Shown piece after piece: positions 55,129 to 63,953 of a stretch of DNA of 64,000 nt. Under the pieces are notes generated by a model, which saw nothing but the letters and a program-made list of their open reading frames with translations, made no database searches and had not been told where the DNA came from. Each line of letters starts with the position of its first letter. The stretch's first letter is position 1. The translations under genes were made by a program, and so were the position numbers. The stretch lies in NCBI GenBank assembly GCA_041664625.1, contig JBAYKK010000002.1, forward strand, positions 7,755-71,754, given 5' to 3'. The stretch comes from Minisyncoccota bacterium (GTDB lineage: Bacteria; Patescibacteriota; Minisyncoccia; Phycocordibacterales; WO2-35-19).

Positions 55129-56901
55129 ATGAGTATTTTAGATGTTTTAATAAAACAAGGGGTAATTGAAACCAAAGATCTTTCTGGTATCAAAGAAAAG
55201 GTCGAAGTTTCGGGAGAAAACCTGGACGAAACTCTTTTGTCGTTTGGTATAAGTGAAGAAGATATTTTGAGAGCAAAGTCTGATTTTTATTCTATGCCTG
55301 TCAAAAAGATTGATGTTTCTTTGGTAACAAGTAAAATTCTTGATTATGTACCCGAAGAAGCGGCTGTCTATTATCAATTCGTGCCAATAGGAGTGGCCGA
55401 TGGGGTTTTGGAAGTCGGAGTCATAAATCCAGACAATATTTCGGCTCGCGATGCTCTCAATTTCATATCATCAAAAATAAATTTATCTTATAAAACTTTT
55501 ATTATTTCCAAAGAAGATTTTAATAAGGTTATAACTTTGTATAAAGGACTATCGGGTGAAGTGACCAAAGCTCTTTCTGAACTTGAAACTGAATTTGTAT
55601 CAGATTTAAAAAAAGAAGACAAAAATGATGAAAATGAAGAAAAAAAAGTGGAAGATGAAAACGAAAACGAAAACAATCTAAACTCTTCCGAATCGGATGA
55701 TACTAAGGGTACAAAAGTTATAGAGAATGCTCCAGTCACCAAAATAGTGGCTACTATTTTGAGGTACGCTATTGATGGGAGAGCTTCGGATATCCATATA
55801 GAACCAATGTCGGCCAATGTGCGTATACGTTTCAGAGTAGATGGCATCATGAACACTAGTATTGTCTTGCCTTTGAGGGTACACAGCGCCGTGGTAGCGA
55901 GGATAAAAATTATGTCCAACATGCGTCTTGATGAAAAAAGAAAACCGCAAGATGGCCGTTTCAGTGCAAAATTAGATAAGAGAAAAGTGGATTTCCGAGT
56001 TTCAACTTTCCCGACTTACTTTGGTGAAAAAGTGGTTATCCGTATTTTGGACCAAGAAAAGGGTATAAAAAAACTGAGTGAATTGGGTTTAAGCAAACAA
56101 AATCTCGAGCAGATCATGGGCGCCATTGATCGACCTTATGGACTGATTCTCATATCAGGGCCTACCGGCTCAGGTAAATCGACCACTTTGTATTCAATGA
56201 TGAATGAAGTCGATAGGGATCACAAAAACGTGCTTTCTTTGGAAGATCCCATAGAATACAACATGGAGGGTATGAGTCAGTCTCAAGTGATGCCTGAAAT
56301 CGGTTATACCTTTGCTTCTGGACTGCGTACTACTTTGCGTCAGGACCCCGACATCATAATGGTGGGTGAGATCCGTGATAAAGAAACCGCTCAATTGGCC
56401 ATCCAAGCCGCTTTGACTGGTCACTTGGTATTTTCGACTATCCACACCAACACGGCGATAGGAGTGGTGCCCCGTTTGATTGATATGGGTGTGGACCCTT
56501 ATTTGATTGCGCCTACTCTCATATTGGCTATCGCCCAAAGATTGGCCCGATCTTTTGCGCCAGGTGCTGGTAAGCCGATACCTATAGATGCAAGTATAAA
56601 AATGATGATTGATAAACAAATCCTGGATTTGCCAGAAGCTTACAAAAAAGAAATACCAATCGGCAAAGAATTTTATGGTATTTCTGCTGGGCCCAATTCA
56701 CCAAGTGGCATTTCGGGCCGAGTTGCCATCATGGAAGTTTTGGAAATAGATAAAGAACTAAGACAAATTATTTTGAAGACTCCAACCGAACAAGAAATTT
56801 GGAAACATGCCAGATCAAAAGGCATGCTCACTATGAAGGATGATGCACTGATCAAAGCTTTTGGCAAAATTATACCGTATGAAGAGTTTAATTCTTTTTA
56901 A
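55129..56901 (+). CDS. pilB: type IV pilus assembly ATPase PilB (GspE family)
   Basis: N-terminal GSPII_N-like domain, Walker A SGPTGSGKSTT, Asp box, His box, Walker B. Confidence 0.9.
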   Translation: MSILDVLIKQGVIETKDLSGIKEKVEVSGENLDETLLSFGISEEDILRAKSDFYSMPVKKIDVSLVTSKILDYVPEEAAVYYQFVPIGVADGVLEVGVINPDNISARDALNFISSKINLSYKTFIISKEDFNKVITLYKGLSGEVTKALSELETEFVSDLKKEDKNDENEEKKVEDENENENNLNSSESDDTKGTKVIENAPVTKIVATILRYAIDGRASDIHIEPMSANVRIRFRVDGIMNTSIVLPLRVHSAVVARIKIMSNMRLDEKRKPQDGRFSAKLDKRKVDFRVSTFPTYFGEKVVIRILDQEKGIKKLSELGLSKQNLEQIMGAIDRPYGLILISGPTGSGKSTTLYSMMNEVDRDHKNVLSLEDPIEYNMEGMSQSQVMPEIGYTFASGLRTTLRQDPDIIMVGEIRDKETAQLAIQAALTGHLVFSTIHTNTAIGVVPRLIDMGVDPYLIAPTLILAIAQRLARSFAPGAGKPIPIDASIKMMIDKQILDLPEAYKKEIPIGKEFYGISAGPNSPSGISGRVAIMEVLEIDKELRQIILKTPTEQEIWKHARSKGMLTMKDDALIKAFGKIIPYEEFNSF

Positions 56902-56939
56902 TGATGGTTTAGAATCTTTATTGGTGTATAATTTATTTT

Positions 56940-57329
56940 ATGACAGAACCAGAAAAAAAATACAAAATTATAATAGTAGATGATGACGATTTTTTGATTA
57001 ACATGTATTCAACCAAATTTGGTAATAGTGGAGTTTTGGTAGATGCCTGTAAATCCGGACAAGCTTTGTTGGAAAAATTAAGTGCCGGAGCCAAAGCGGA
57101 TCTCATACTCTTGGATATAATAATGCCTAACCTTAGTGGGGTAGAAACATTAAAAATGATGCGTAAACAAAAAATAGGCGCTGATATCCCCGTGATGGTA
57201 CTGACCAATCAAAATGATGAAAAAGACATAGAAGAAACCAAAAAATTGGGGGTAGTTGGTTATGTGGTCAAAGCGGCGGCGACGCCAACGGAGGTTTTGG
57301 AAGAAGTAATGAAAATCATCAAAAAATAA
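56940..57329 (+). CDS. stand-alone response-regulator receiver (REC) domain protein
   Basis: IIIVDDD...DLILLDIIMP...VLTN pattern with phospho-acceptor Asp. Confidence 0.75.
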   Translation: MTEPEKKYKIIIVDDDDFLINMYSTKFGNSGVLVDACKSGQALLEKLSAGAKADLILLDIIMPNLSGVETLKMMRKQKIGADIPVMVLTNQNDEKDIEETKKLGVVGYVVKAAATPTEVLEEVMKIIKK

Positions 57330-57330
57330 A

Positions 57331-58380
57331 ATGGAAGATTTAGACACACTTATAGAACTTTTGGTTAAAGAAGGAGCTTCAGATTTGCATATTTCTGAAG
57401 ATCGGAATCCCCATATAAGGATTTCTGGTCAGCTCATGCCTTTACTCAAATATCCAAAATTCACTAAAGCTTTGATGCAAAATATTTTAAGCAAAACTCT
57501 TTCTGAATTGAAAAGTGCTACTTTCAAAACTTCGCAGAGTGCAGATTTTGCTTATAGTCATAAAGGCGAAAGATTCCGAGTCCATTCGTATGTTGATCAA
57601 CAAAAGATTTGTATGACTTTTAGACATATTCCCAAGAAAATACCTTCTTTGTCTGACCTAAGCTTGCCTGATGCTTTGACTAATTTTGCTCGGTTAAAAT
57701 CAGGTTTTTTCCTCGTGGTTGGACCAACCGGTCATGGTAAATCAACCACTCTTGCTTCGTTGGTGGAAGTTATAAATATAGAAAGATTAGAAAATATTAT
57801 TACCATAGAAGATCCGGTGGAATATTTGTTTACCCCTAAAAAATCAGTGATTCATCAAAGAGAAGTCGGTATAGATACGCCAAGTTTTGCTTCTGCTTTA
57901 CATGATTGTTTCCGGGCGGATGTAAACGTGATAATGGTAGGAGAAATGAGGGATGCTGATACCATCTCTACAGCAGTTTCAGCTGCCGAAACTGGGCATT
58001 TGGTATTTTCTACTTTGCACACCAACAATGCTGCTCAGACCGTAGATCGCATTATTGATTCTTTTGATCCTTCCCAACAAAATCAAATCCGCATTCAACT
58101 AGCCGCTTCTCTTTCTGGTATTTTTTCCCAAAGATTGATACCCAAAATATCAGGGGGTTTAACTCCGGCTTATGAGCTTATGTTAAATAATGTCGCCGTA
58201 TCCAATCTTATAAGAGACAAGCGTACTCACGAATTAAATACTGTGATTGAGACCAGCTCCGGTGAGGGCATGATAGATTTCAATAGATGTTTAGTAGAAA
58301 AAGTAAACAAAGGTGAAATTACGGTTGAAAATGCTTATCTTTATTCCACCAATCCGAAATCTTTAGAAAAACTTTTGTAA
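57331..58380 (+). CDS. pilT: twitching-motility ATPase PilT
   Basis: Walker A VGPTGHGKSTT, AIRNLIRE-like C-terminal motif (SNLIRDKR). Confidence 0.85.
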   Translation: MEDLDTLIELLVKEGASDLHISEDRNPHIRISGQLMPLLKYPKFTKALMQNILSKTLSELKSATFKTSQSADFAYSHKGERFRVHSYVDQQKICMTFRHIPKKIPSLSDLSLPDALTNFARLKSGFFLVVGPTGHGKSTTLASLVEVINIERLENIITIEDPVEYLFTPKKSVIHQREVGIDTPSFASALHDCFRADVNVIMVGEMRDADTISTAVSAAETGHLVFSTLHTNNAAQTVDRIIDSFDPSQQNQIRIQLAASLSGIFSQRLIPKISGGLTPAYELMLNNVAVSNLIRDKRTHELNTVIETSSGEGMIDFNRCLVEKVNKGEITVENAYLYSTNPKSLEKLL

Positions 58381-58384
58381 TCTT

Positions 58385-59596
58385 ATGCTTTTTTTATACA
58401 AAACCATAAATAAAAACGGTGAAAGAGAAGAGGGTAGCGTAGAGGCTTTAAACGTGGACGTGGCTATAACTTCTTTGCAAAGGAGAGGTTTGGCAGTTTC
58501 TTCTATAAAAGCTAAAGACGGTGATGACGGCGATATTCTCAAAAAAATTCCTTTTTTAAACAAAGTTTCTAACAAAGATATTGTTATTTTGTCTAGACAG
58601 ATGTCTACTCTTTTTGAAGCTCAGGTTTCGGCTCTGAGGATTTTTAAACTTATCGGAACCGAAGCCGAAAATCCTACTTTAAGAAAACATTTATTGGAGA
58701 TCGTAGATGATTTGCAAGGTGGAGCTTATATATCGGCCGCTCTCTCAAAACACCCAGAAATATTTTCTGATTTTTACGTCAACATGGTTAAATCCGGAGA
58801 AGAATCTGGTCATATAGATCAGACTTTCGCTTATCTAGCCGATTATATGGATCGTAACTATGAAGTCACTTCTAAGGCTAAAAATGCTTTGATTTATCCG
58901 GCTTTTGTGATTTTCACTTTTTTGTCAGTGATGGTGCTCATGTTTACAGTTATTGTGCCAAAAATTGGCGCGATTATAAAAGAATCTGGTCAAGATGTTC
59001 CTATATATACTAAAATAGTTTTTTGGGTGAGTGACCTCTTTGTTAACAATTGGCTGGTTATGTTGGTAGGGGTGATAGCTGTGATAGGGGGTTTGATTTG
59101 GTACGGTGGGACCAAAGAAGGTAAGAGATGGATTTCTAATACTAGACTTTACGTGCCTTTCGTCGGTGATTTGTATAGAAAACTTTATCTTTCTCGTTTT
59201 TCCGACAACATGAGCACCATGGTACTTTCTGGTATACCAATGCTCAAAGCTATTGAAGTCACTTCTTCTATTATAGAAAATGAAATTTATAAAGAGATTT
59301 TGGATGGAGCTCTGGTCAAGGTCAAAGCTGGGCAAGCTCTTTCGGTAGCTTTGGCTGATAAAAAAGAGATACCCAATATTTTGATTCAAATGGTCAGAGT
59401 AGGTGAGGAGACCGGCGAGCTTGGTAATATTTTGAAAACTATGTCCAAGTTTTATCAAAGAGAAGTGATGAACGCTGTCGATACTTTGGTCAGTATGATT
59501 GAGCCTATAATGATCGTGGCCTTGGGTATTGGTGTCGGTATTTTGCTTGCTTCAGTCCTCATGCCTATTTATAATATAGCTTCATCAGCGACATGA
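58385..59596 (+). CDS. pilC: type IV pilus platform protein PilC (GspF family)
   Basis: Two GspF repeats, 3 TM, 403 aa. Confidence 0.85.
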   Translation: MLFLYKTINKNGEREEGSVEALNVDVAITSLQRRGLAVSSIKAKDGDDGDILKKIPFLNKVSNKDIVILSRQMSTLFEAQVSALRIFKLIGTEAENPTLRKHLLEIVDDLQGGAYISAALSKHPEIFSDFYVNMVKSGEESGHIDQTFAYLADYMDRNYEVTSKAKNALIYPAFVIFTFLSVMVLMFTVIVPKIGAIIKESGQDVPIYTKIVFWVSDLFVNNWLVMLVGVIAVIGGLIWYGGTKEGKRWISNTRLYVPFVGDLYRKLYLSRFSDNMSTMVLSGIPMLKAIEVTSSIIENEIYKEILDGALVKVKAGQALSVALADKKEIPNILIQMVRVGEETGELGNILKTMSKFYQREVMNAVDTLVSMIEPIMIVALGIGVGILLASVLMPIYNIASSAT

Positions 59597-60069
59597 TTAA
59601 AAAAATAAAAAATAAAGGACACGTCCTGAGTTTATCGAACGGATTTTCTTTGGTTGAACTGCTCATAGTTATTTGTATTATTGGTATTTTGTCTACTATT
59701 GTGTTGAGTAGTGTTTCTAATTCTAGGGCTCGGGCCTATGATTCAAAAATAAAACAACAACTTTCTAGTTTCCGTACGGCCGCTGAAATATATTTTTCCA
59801 ATCAGATTCCTCCCAATTATGGACCAACCACTTCAGTCTGCAGTAGCGGTATTTTCAATGACGTCAGTGCTGACAATGGGGCTCCGGGTTTGTATATAGC
59901 CGCTGGCAACATCCCTAGTTTTTCGGATATAAAGTGTGGTTCAAATGGAGTAGATTATGCTATTAAAGCTAGTCTTTATTCCGGTAATGAATATTGGTGT
60001 ATAGACAATAAAGGTTCTTCAAGAATAATCACCGGAGCTATAGGAGACTCTGCTACTTTTTGTTTATAA
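59593..60069 (+). CDS. type IV pilin (prepilin)
   Basis: Leader MIKKIKNKGHVLSLSNG|FSLVELLIV; class III signal. Confidence 0.8.
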   Translation: MIKKIKNKGHVLSLSNGFSLVELLIVICIIGILSTIVLSSVSNSRARAYDSKIKQQLSSFRTAAEIYFSNQIPPNYGPTTSVCSSGIFNDVSADNGAPGLYIAAGNIPSFSDIKCGSNGVDYAIKASLYSGNEYWCIDNKGSSRIITGAIGDSATFCL

Positions 60070-60170
60070 AAACAGATATCCACATATTTGTTACCAAAAA
60101 ATTATCCTTTGTTTATAATGTAGTTAAGGCTTGAAAGATATTAAATATTAAGGTCGATACAATCAAGCTT

Positions 60171-60184
60171 CTCTCTCGAGAGAG
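60171..60184. promoter_or_regulatory. 14-bp perfect palindrome CTCTCTCGAGAGAG ~25 bp upstream of pilin gene
   Basis: Read directly. Confidence 0.3.
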
Positions 60185-60209
60185 TAATTAATTAAATTCA
60201 TTTAAAATT

Positions 60210-60680
60210 ATGTTTAAAAATAAAAAAGGTTTTACACTTATTGAACTTTTGGTGGTTATAGCTATTATTGGTATTTTGTCTTCAGTTGTTTTGGCTTCCC
60301 TAAACACCGCAAGAGCAAGAGGTAATATGGCAAAAGTTAAAGCACAATTGGCTGGAGCCCGTGCAGCAGCTGAATTATATTATGACACTGCAGGTGGTTA
60401 TGCAGCTGGAACTTGTGCAGCCGCTCCTACAGGGATGTTTGCCGATACAAACTCTGGTTTGAATCAATACGCGGATACGGATAATTATCCATCTGGAACA
60501 ACTATGGACTGTGGTGGTTCAGGCACAGCTTATTCTATGGCGGCTGCTTTAGGAGGTAGTGTATGGTGTGTTGACAGTTTAGGTATTTCTAGAGACAAAA
60601 CATCAGCTGGAGTTACTTACACAGCTCTTACTGGTGCTACAGGTGCTCATGCAGTTGCAGCAGGTACAGTTTGTCAATAG
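60210..60680 (+). CDS. pilA: type IV pilin (candidate major pilin PilA)
   Basis: MFKNKKG|FTLIELLVVIAIIGIL; Ala/Gly/Thr-rich C-terminus with Cys pair. Confidence 0.8.
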   Translation: MFKNKKGFTLIELLVVIAIIGILSSVVLASLNTARARGNMAKVKAQLAGARAAAELYYDTAGGYAAGTCAAAPTGMFADTNSGLNQYADTDNYPSGTTMDCGGSGTAYSMAAALGGSVWCVDSLGISRDKTSAGVTYTALTGATGAHAVAAGTVCQ

Positions 60681-60707
60681 TATACAAAATTATATTTTGT
60701 CTAAAAT

Positions 60708-60736
60708 CAAAACCCCGCTGTTGCGGGGTTTTGTGT
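60708..60736 (+). terminator. rho-independent terminator aaccccgc-tgtt-gcggggtt + TTTG
   Basis: Read directly. Confidence 0.7.
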
Positions 60737-60756
60737 TATTATTTAAATAATGCAAT

Positions 60757-60827
60757 CCCGTAGTGAATTTTGACTATAATTCCTGCGGAATCAGTTAAAA
60801 ATTAACATAGTCAAAATCTACTACGGG
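60757..60827. repeat. MITE-like palindromic element, copy F, flanked by 7-bp direct repeat ATGCAAT (second copy is the pilD start)
   Basis: cccgtagtgaattttgactat...atagtcaaaatctactacggg; TSD at 60750-60756 and 60828-60834. Confidence 0.75.
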
Positions 60828-61688
60828 ATGCAATATATTTTTGGGGTACTTATATTTTTTGTCGGTACTGCTTTGGGGAGTTTTATCGCCGTGATTGCCG
60901 ATCGCTACAACACAGGGCTACCCTGGACCAAAGGCCGGTCAATTTGTTTTTCTTGTGATACTGAACTTAAAAATAAAGATCTTTTCCCTTTGTTTTCTTT
61001 TTTGTGGCTCAAGGGCAAATGCCGATATTGCCAAAGCAAAATTCCTAGAGAGACTTTTTTTGTGGAAATTTTGATGGGCGCTCTCACAGTTTTAGCTGTT
61101 TTTAAATCTGGTTTTTTGGGTTTTGATTTTTCTTCCTTAATTCTTAATTCATACTTCATAATTCAATTTTTACTTTTAACTGCTATTTTTGGAAATATCC
61201 TTCTGATTTCTATTTATGATCTTAAGCATTTCATTATTCCCGACGTTTTTTTAATTTGTTTCTTTGTTTTTGCTTTTATTCTTAATTCCTACTTCATAAT
61301 TCATAATTCACTTTCTTATTTTTTCATAATTCAAAATCTGCTTTCTGGTCTTGTTTTAACTTTACCGTTTCTTCTAATATTTTTGATTTCACGAGGGGCT
61401 TGGTTTGGATTTGGGGACGTGAAGTATATTGCGGTTTTGGGGTTTTTCCTTGGTCTGGTGCAGGGTTTGTCAGCGGTAGTTTTGGCTTTTTGGATTGGAG
61501 CGGTTTTTGCTGTTTTGGCACTGGTTTTTAAAAAAATTACACCCTATATAAATTTGCCTCTGTTTAAAAATAATCTTACAATTAAGTCTGAAATACCATT
61601 TGGACCTTTCCTTTCTTTGGGGATAATAATAAGTTTTTATTTGAGTCTAGATTTATTTTACATAAATGAAATATTTAAATTTTTCTAA
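60828..61688 (+). CDS. pilD: prepilin peptidase PilD (A24 family)
   Basis: N-terminal CxxC...CxxC zinc motif, multiple TM, conserved GFGDVK Asp region. Confidence 0.85.
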   Translation: MQYIFGVLIFFVGTALGSFIAVIADRYNTGLPWTKGRSICFSCDTELKNKDLFPLFSFLWLKGKCRYCQSKIPRETFFVEILMGALTVLAVFKSGFLGFDFSSLILNSYFIIQFLLLTAIFGNILLISIYDLKHFIIPDVFLICFFVFAFILNSYFIIHNSLSYFFIIQNLLSGLVLTLPFLLIFLISRGAWFGFGDVKYIAVLGFFLGLVQGLSAVVLAFWIGAVFAVLALVFKKITPYINLPLFKNNLTIKSEIPFGPFLSLGIIISFYLSLDLFYINEIFKFF

Positions 61689-62256
61689 AAATAAAGGATT
61701 CACATTGCTTGAGTTGATGGTGGTTATCACTATAGCCACAGCAGTAATAACTTCTTTGGTCTTTCAACAAAATAAATGGAACGACAGTTTAACTGTCAAT
61801 TCTCAAGCCTATGAATTAGCTTTGATGATCCGGCAATCCCAGATTTATAGTCTGGGAGTAAGAGAATATGTTGGTGGTACTGGTGATAAATTCAACATAG
61901 GTTATGGAGTTTACTTTAGTCAGAGTAATTTGAATGGATACGTGTTTTTTGCCGATAAAAATGGCAATCAAAAATATGATGCGGGAGAAAGTATAGAAAC
62001 CAAAACCTTCACTAGAGGTGTAACCATAAAAGATGTTTGTGGTGAAGACACCAATGGCTGTTTCCCTGGTAGTGGGCCTTTGACAAGTGTAAGCATTTCG
62101 TTTTTTAGACCAGAGATTAAAGCTAATATGAGTCTTTTGAATGCCGGCGGAGGTTCAACTGGTGACCCTCCTGTTACCATTCGTTTGCAATCTGTGGGTG
62201 GTAAGTATTCTTCGGTCAAAGTAGATTCTAACGGCCAGGTCTCTATAATACAATGA
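61666..62256 (+). CDS. minor pilin / pseudopilin (GspH/FimT-like)
   Basis: KNKG|FTLLELMVVI prepilin motif. Confidence 0.7.
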   Translation: MKYLNFSKNKGFTLLELMVVITIATAVITSLVFQQNKWNDSLTVNSQAYELALMIRQSQIYSLGVREYVGGTGDKFNIGYGVYFSQSNLNGYVFFADKNGNQKYDAGESIETKTFTRGVTIKDVCGEDTNGCFPGSGPLTSVSISFFRPEIKANMSLLNAGGGSTGDPPVTIRLQSVGGKYSSVKVDSNGQVSIIQ

Positions 62257-62834
62257 TAATTAAAAAATCTTCAATCTTCAATTTTCAATTTTCAATTCCC
62301 GCGAAGCGAAGTGGAGGCTTCACTTTGGTAGAACTTCTGGTTGCGGTCTCTTTGTTTGTGGTAGTGGCCACTATTTCTATTGGTGCTATTTTGAGTGTTT
62401 TTAATGCCAACAAAAAAGCCCAATCATCCAAAACAGTGGTAGACAATTTTAATCTTTCTATTGAAAATATGTCTAGGACCGTACGCTTTGGCAACAATTA
62501 TCATTGTGGCGTTAGTGGTACAATTTCTGTGCCGAGCAGTTGCCCAGGTGGAGATACTTTTTTTGCGGTTACCTTCAATGGCAGTGTCGTAGTTTATCGC
62601 TTAAATGGTACGGCAATTCAAAAATCTGATGATGGTGGAGTTAATTATACAGACATCACTGACCCAGCAGCGGTCATAGAATATTTGAAATTTTATGTTT
62701 TTGGTACTACTGTTTCAGACAATGATCAGCCTTACGTGGTGGTAGTTATCAAAGGTAAAGTTGGGAATAAAGTAATCAATCAAACCACATTTTCCATAGA
62801 AACTTTAATGTCTCAAAGATCACTTGATTTATGA
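62253..62834 (+). CDS. minor pilin / pseudopilin with 22-aa repeat-built leader
   Basis: ...KRSGG|FTLVELLVAV; leader encoded by heptamer repeats. Confidence 0.7.
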   Translation: MIIKKSSIFNFQFSIPAKRSGGFTLVELLVAVSLFVVVATISIGAILSVFNANKKAQSSKTVVDNFNLSIENMSRTVRFGNNYHCGVSGTISVPSSCPGGDTFFAVTFNGSVVVYRLNGTAIQKSDDGGVNYTDITDPAAVIEYLKFYVFGTTVSDNDQPYVVVVIKGKVGNKVINQTTFSIETLMSQRSLDL

Positions 62835-63406
62835 TAAATAAAATTTTCAATATTCAATATTCAATTTCTAATTACTCAAGAGGTTTTACTATACTTGAAT
62901 CAATAGTGGCCATTGCGGTTTTGTCACTCTCAGTTTCTGGAGCTTTTTCGGCAGTTACTCAGAGTCTTTCTCAGGCTACTATCGCCAAAGATGAAGTCAA
63001 AGCTTTTTATTTGGCTCAGGAAGCGATAGAAGTAATAAGAAACAAAAGAGATGCTAATCAACTCAGTTTATTAAATACTGGATCTGGTTTTTGGCTTGCT
63101 GGCATTGCTCAGTATGATACTGACCCTTGTTATTTTGAAAAAGTCTGTCAGATTGATGCCAATCCAATACCACCAACTTTGGTTTATTGCAACTCTTCTT
63201 CGTGGGGCAGCTGTGCTTATTTGAAACAAAACCCAACTACTTTTATGTATAATTACACTACCGGAACGGCCACCAATTTCAAAAGAGAAATAAAAATTGA
63301 ATCAGTAAATGCCAATGAAGTAGCCATAATCGTCAGAGTTTCTTGGACGAAAGGTATAATAACCAGAGAATTTAAGATAAAGAGCTATTTATTTAATTGG
63401 ATTTAA
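62831..63406 (+). CDS. minor pilin / pseudopilin (PilV/GspI-like)
   Basis: ...NYSRG|FTILESIVAI; leader encoded by heptamer repeats. Confidence 0.7.
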   Translation: MINKIFNIQYSISNYSRGFTILESIVAIAVLSLSVSGAFSAVTQSLSQATIAKDEVKAFYLAQEAIEVIRNKRDANQLSLLNTGSGFWLAGIAQYDTDPCYFEKVCQIDANPIPPTLVYCNSSSWGSCAYLKQNPTTFMYNYTTGTATNFKREIKIESVNANEVAIIVRVSWTKGIITREFKIKSYLFNWI

Positions 63407-63407
63407 T

Positions 63408-63953
63408 ATGAAATTGAAAATTGAAAATTATAAATTGAAAATTCCTGCGCAGAGGGCCGGTATGACATTGTTTATAGCGATTATGATCATGAGTGTATTA
63501 CTTTTTATAAGTTTTGCCGTGATTAATATAGGACTCAAAGCCACCACTTTCGCTACTTCGGGCAGAGATTCCCAGTATGCTTTTTATGCAGCTGACAGTG
63601 GAACGGAGTGTGCCGTGTATTGGGATTCTAAACCAGCTACTGGTAGTGCCTTTGCCACTTCTACTTCCGGGGATAGTTTAAATTTCACATGTGCCGGATC
63701 GGCCGATATGAATACTGGTCAAGCCATAGTCGGAACGTCTACGCTTTCAAGGATAGGGGGTGGAGGTAGCGCTAATCCTACCAGTATTTTTGGTTTTGTT
63801 ATGAACCAAGGATCTGATCCAGTAAATTATTGCGCTATCGTGACAGTCACCAAAAATCTGAACGGTACTACTTATATCAAATCTCGAGGTTATAACACTT
63901 GTGATACTTCAAATACTAAAAGGGTGGAAAGAGGGGTGGAGGTTACCTACTAA
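63408..63953 (+). CDS. PilX-like minor pilin / pilus-associated protein
   Basis: ...PAQRAGMTLFIAIMIM TM helix after repeat-built leader; Cys pairs in C-terminal domain. Confidence 0.5.
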   Translation: MKLKIENYKLKIPAQRAGMTLFIAIMIMSVLLFISFAVINIGLKATTFATSGRDSQYAFYAADSGTECAVYWDSKPATGSAFATSTSGDSLNFTCAGSADMNTGQAIVGTSTLSRIGGGGSANPTSIFGFVMNQGSDPVNYCAIVTVTKNLNGTTYIKSRGYNTCDTSNTKRVERGVEVTY

